Assembly: GCA_045599385.1 (NCBI GenBank)
Contig: JAZRVW010000037.1
Coordinates: 53-64,052, forward strand
Source: Oscillospiraceae bacterium
GTDB lineage: Bacteria > Bacillota > Clostridia > Oscillospirales > Oscillospiraceae
DNA length: 64,000 bases
Direction: 5' to 3'
The notes under the pieces were generated by a model, which did not search any database, was not told the DNA's origin, and worked only from the letters and a program-made list of their open reading frames with translations. Positions 61,626 to 64,000 of this stretch are shown piece after piece (positions within the stretch are counted from its first letter, which is position 1; each line of letters opens with the position of its first letter). Both the position numbers and the translations under genes were made by a program.

Positions 61626-62882
61626 ATGAAATTAGATGCGTTAATAAACGCAAAAGACCGTGCCGCCCAATTCATGATGGACGACATCAAGATGATCTGC
61701 ACCACCATGCCCAAACGCGATCCGGGCTCCGAGGGTGAGAAGCAGGTTTGCGACTACTTCGCAAAGCTCTGCACAGAGGAATACGGCTGCGAAGAGGCTC
61801 ACGTTGAGTCCTTCAAGGAAAACCCCATGTCCTTCTTCGGCTGGATACGCTTTACCTTTACCATGACCATAGTTGCCGCCATTCTCTGCTTCTTCAAGGT
61901 CAAGGCGCTGGCGGCTGTATCTTTGGTGCTGTCTTTAGGCGGCTGGCTTCTGGCTCTGCTGCAATTCGGTATGTACCTCCCCATCGTTGACAGATTCTTC
62001 CCCGAAATGACCGGTCATAACGTGTGGGCAGTGAAGAAACCCAAGGGCGAGGTCAAGGCCCGTGTGCTCTTCTGCGGTCACTGCGACGCGGTTTGGGAAT
62101 GGCCCGTGAACTACGCATTAGGCGGCGTTTGCTTTGAAGGTCATCTTGTTATCTCCGCAATCGGCACCCTGTATTATCTGGCCGTTGCCATTATGATTCT
62201 CTGCGGCGCTGATCCCGAAACCGTCAAGTCCATGTGCCTCTGGGGTCTGCTGTTCATGCCCTTTGAAATCGGTATGTTCTTCATGTGGACATGGTGGGAC
62301 CCCCATCACGACAAGCGCAACATTGTTGACGGTGCAAACGACAACCTCTCCGGCTGCTACATGGGTCTTGCGGTACTCAAGGAGCTGAAGGAGCAGGGAA
62401 TCGAGCTGGAGCACACCGAGTTCGGCATTGTGAACGTGGGCTCCGAGGAGGCGGGTCTTCGCGGCTCCAAGGCATGGTGCAAGGCTCACAAGGGTGAGTT
62501 TGATGACGTGCCTACCTTTATTTATTCCTTTGACACCATTTTTGACCCCAAGTTCCTGCTGGCAAACTACCGTGACCTCAACGCCACGATTAAGACCGAC
62601 GAGGCTCTCGGCGACCTCTTCATGAAGAGTGCCGCGGAGCTGGGTATTCACTGCGGCAAGGGCGTTGTGCCTCCTCTGGGCGGTGCCACCGACGGTGCGG
62701 CCTTCTGTCAGGCGGGTATGCGTGCCTTCTCCGTTACAGGTCTTAATCACAAGCTGGAAAACTACTATCACACCAGACGCGATACATGGGACAACATGAA
62801 CAAGCAGGGTCTTGCGGATTGCTACGCGGTTTCCTGCAAGGTGCTGGAGTACATAGAAAACGGCTACATGGAAGGCAAATAA
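61626..62882 (+). CDS. M28-family metallopeptidase with embedded TM segments
   Basis: HCDAVWEW, NDNLSGC and GSEEAGLRGS metal-ligand motifs. Confidence 0.82.
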   Translation: MKLDALINAKDRAAQFMMDDIKMICTTMPKRDPGSEGEKQVCDYFAKLCTEEYGCEEAHVESFKENPMSFFGWIRFTFTMTIVAAILCFFKVKALAAVSLVLSLGGWLLALLQFGMYLPIVDRFFPEMTGHNVWAVKKPKGEVKARVLFCGHCDAVWEWPVNYALGGVCFEGHLVISAIGTLYYLAVAIMILCGADPETVKSMCLWGLLFMPFEIGMFFMWTWWDPHHDKRNIVDGANDNLSGCYMGLAVLKELKEQGIELEHTEFGIVNVGSEEAGLRGSKAWCKAHKGEFDDVPTFIYSFDTIFDPKFLLANYRDLNATIKTDEALGDLFMKSAAELGIHCGKGVVPPLGGATDGAAFCQAGMRAFSVTGLNHKLENYYHTRRDTWDNMNKQGLADCYAVSCKVLEYIENGYMEGK

Positions 62883-62887
62883 CACCC

Positions 62888-62920
62888 AAAAACCTCTCTG
62901 CAATGCAGAGAGGTTTTTTT
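62888..62920 (+). terminator. rho-independent terminator
   Basis: ACCTCTCTGCAaTGCAGAGAGGT stem followed by TTTTTT. Confidence 0.85.
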
Positions 62921-63083
62921 AGGCGCTTTGCTCCTGAAATTTTTCATCAGGTGATGAAAAAAACATGCTGTCAAAAAGCTTTGACTGTTATACTATCTTG
63001 TGCTATGATGTAATTAATAACCAATTTGTATGCTAACATGCACAACGTGGCTATGAAATATTAACGAAAGGGAGATAATCAGC

Positions 63084-63881
63084 ATGATAGACAACAAAAC
63101 AATTGTTATCACCGGCGCATCCAGCGGTATCGGCTTTGAAACGCTGAAGCTGCTCGCCAAAGGCAAGGGCAACAAAATTCTTGCCGTTGCACGCAAGCCC
63201 GAGAAACTTGAGGGCTTTGCATCAAACGTCATTCCCTTCGCAGCCGACGTCAGCAGCAAAGAGGGTGTCGACTCCATATTTGCAAAGGCAGAAGAGCTTT
63301 TCGGAAAAATTGACCTCTTCTTTGCAAATGCAGGCTTCCCCTATTATGAGGCTTATGACTACGTTGACTGGGACAGAATCGAAAAAATCTTCAACACCAA
63401 CACGCTGTCCCCCATCTATACATACGCAAAGTATGTTGAGCACCTCGGCGACAGAGAAGGTCACCTTGCAATGACCATTTCCGCCATGGGTCAGATGGCA
63501 ATGCCCGGCTACGCACTCTACGGCGCAACCAAGTTCGGTCTTGAGGGCTTCCAGCAGGGTATCCGCATTGAAATGCCCAAGAACCTCGCCATGACCTGCC
63601 TCTACCCCGTTTCCACTGCAACCAACTTCTTCAAGGTTGCCGCCGACGGCAAGAAGGTCGACAAGCCCTTCCCCGTTCAGAAGCCTCAGATCGTTGCAAA
63701 GAAGATGGTCAAGGCGCTTGAAAAGGGCAAGGAGAGCGTATTCCCCTGCGGTCTGTTCGTATTCGCAAAGCTGCTCATGGGTCACTGTCCTCCCGTACGC
63801 AGCTTCTACTGGGGCATGGAGCGCAAAAAGCTTGAGCGCCACCTGCTTAACACCCAGAACAAAAAGCTCAAAATAAAATAA
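63084..63881 (+). CDS. SDR-family oxidoreductase
   Basis: TGASSGIG cofactor motif and a YGATK (YxxxK) catalytic motif. Confidence 0.9.
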   Translation: MIDNKTIVITGASSGIGFETLKLLAKGKGNKILAVARKPEKLEGFASNVIPFAADVSSKEGVDSIFAKAEELFGKIDLFFANAGFPYYEAYDYVDWDRIEKIFNTNTLSPIYTYAKYVEHLGDREGHLAMTISAMGQMAMPGYALYGATKFGLEGFQQGIRIEMPKNLAMTCLYPVSTATNFFKVAADGKKVDKPFPVQKPQIVAKKMVKALEKGKESVFPCGLFVFAKLLMGHCPPVRSFYWGMERKKLERHLLNTQNKKLKIK

Positions 63882-63890
63882 ACATTAATA

Positions 63891-63921
63891 AAAATCAGCT
63901 GACAGATGTCAGCTGATTTTT
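63891..63921 (+). terminator. rho-independent terminator
   Basis: ATCAGCTGACagatGTCAGCTGAT stem followed by TTTT. Confidence 0.85.
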
Positions 63922-63936
63922 ATTTGTTGAAGGATA

Positions 63937-64000
63937 CGGATTGCCACGGCGTAAACGCCTCGCAATGACACAGGGAGTAGGCTTGTGCCGGCGGAACAGG
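63937..64000. repeat. REP-like imperfect palindrome, truncated by window edge
   Basis: GGATTGCCACGGCGTAAACGCCTCGCAATGAC dyad in intergenic DNA after the terminator. Confidence 0.4.

Noticed and set aside
1-64000. CRISPR arrays, rRNA operons, toxin-antitoxin pairs, restriction-modification or other known defence systems.
   Set aside because: I saw no regularly spaced direct repeats, no rRNA-like sequence, and no ORFs with nuclease/methylase/Abi-type motifs. The repeats present are palindromic REP/MITE-like units, not spacer-separated arrays.

Overview
64-kb chromosomal segment of a moderately GC-rich Firmicute. Gene content suggests a Clostridia/Oscillospiraceae-like anaerobic spore-former: rnfCDGEAB, SleB- and SleL-type cortex hydrolases, YmdB, a SpoIIE-type phosphatase. 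This placement is inferred from content only. I call about 65 protein genes, mostly housekeeping. They include the Rnf complex, a nucleoside-salvage cluster (tdk, udk, deoD, NupNOPQ-like BMP/ABC importer), recJ-relA-dtd, glyQS, nadE, dut and mntP. There are two tRNAs (Leu-UAA, Arg-ACG) and a cobalamin riboswitch in front of a DUF4430/ECF-S-component pair. I found no rRNA, CRISPR array, prophage, integrase or recognisable defence island. The strongest candidate for an undescribed system is at 50.3-53.8 kb. A complete TetM/EF-G-like ribosomal GTPase is fused in one frame to a Rae1/YacP-type NYN endoribonuclease. It overlaps a YlmH-type S4 protein by 14 nt and is preceded by a 163-nt perfect-TIR palindromic leader. 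Other items worth a second look: two tandem 21-22-aa aromatic micro-ORFs, each with its own SD; an orphan double-glycine-leader peptide gene next to a secreted transglutaminase-like protein; a RAYT transposase carrying an exact in-frame copy of its own flanking REP; a conserved structured element trailing both tRNAs, plus a duplicated tRNA-Arg 3' end; and a phosphatase+kinase single-polypeptide partner-switching module. Many long ORFs antisense to confident genes are shadow ORFs and were rejected. All calls rest on motif recognition by eye, and no searches were run.
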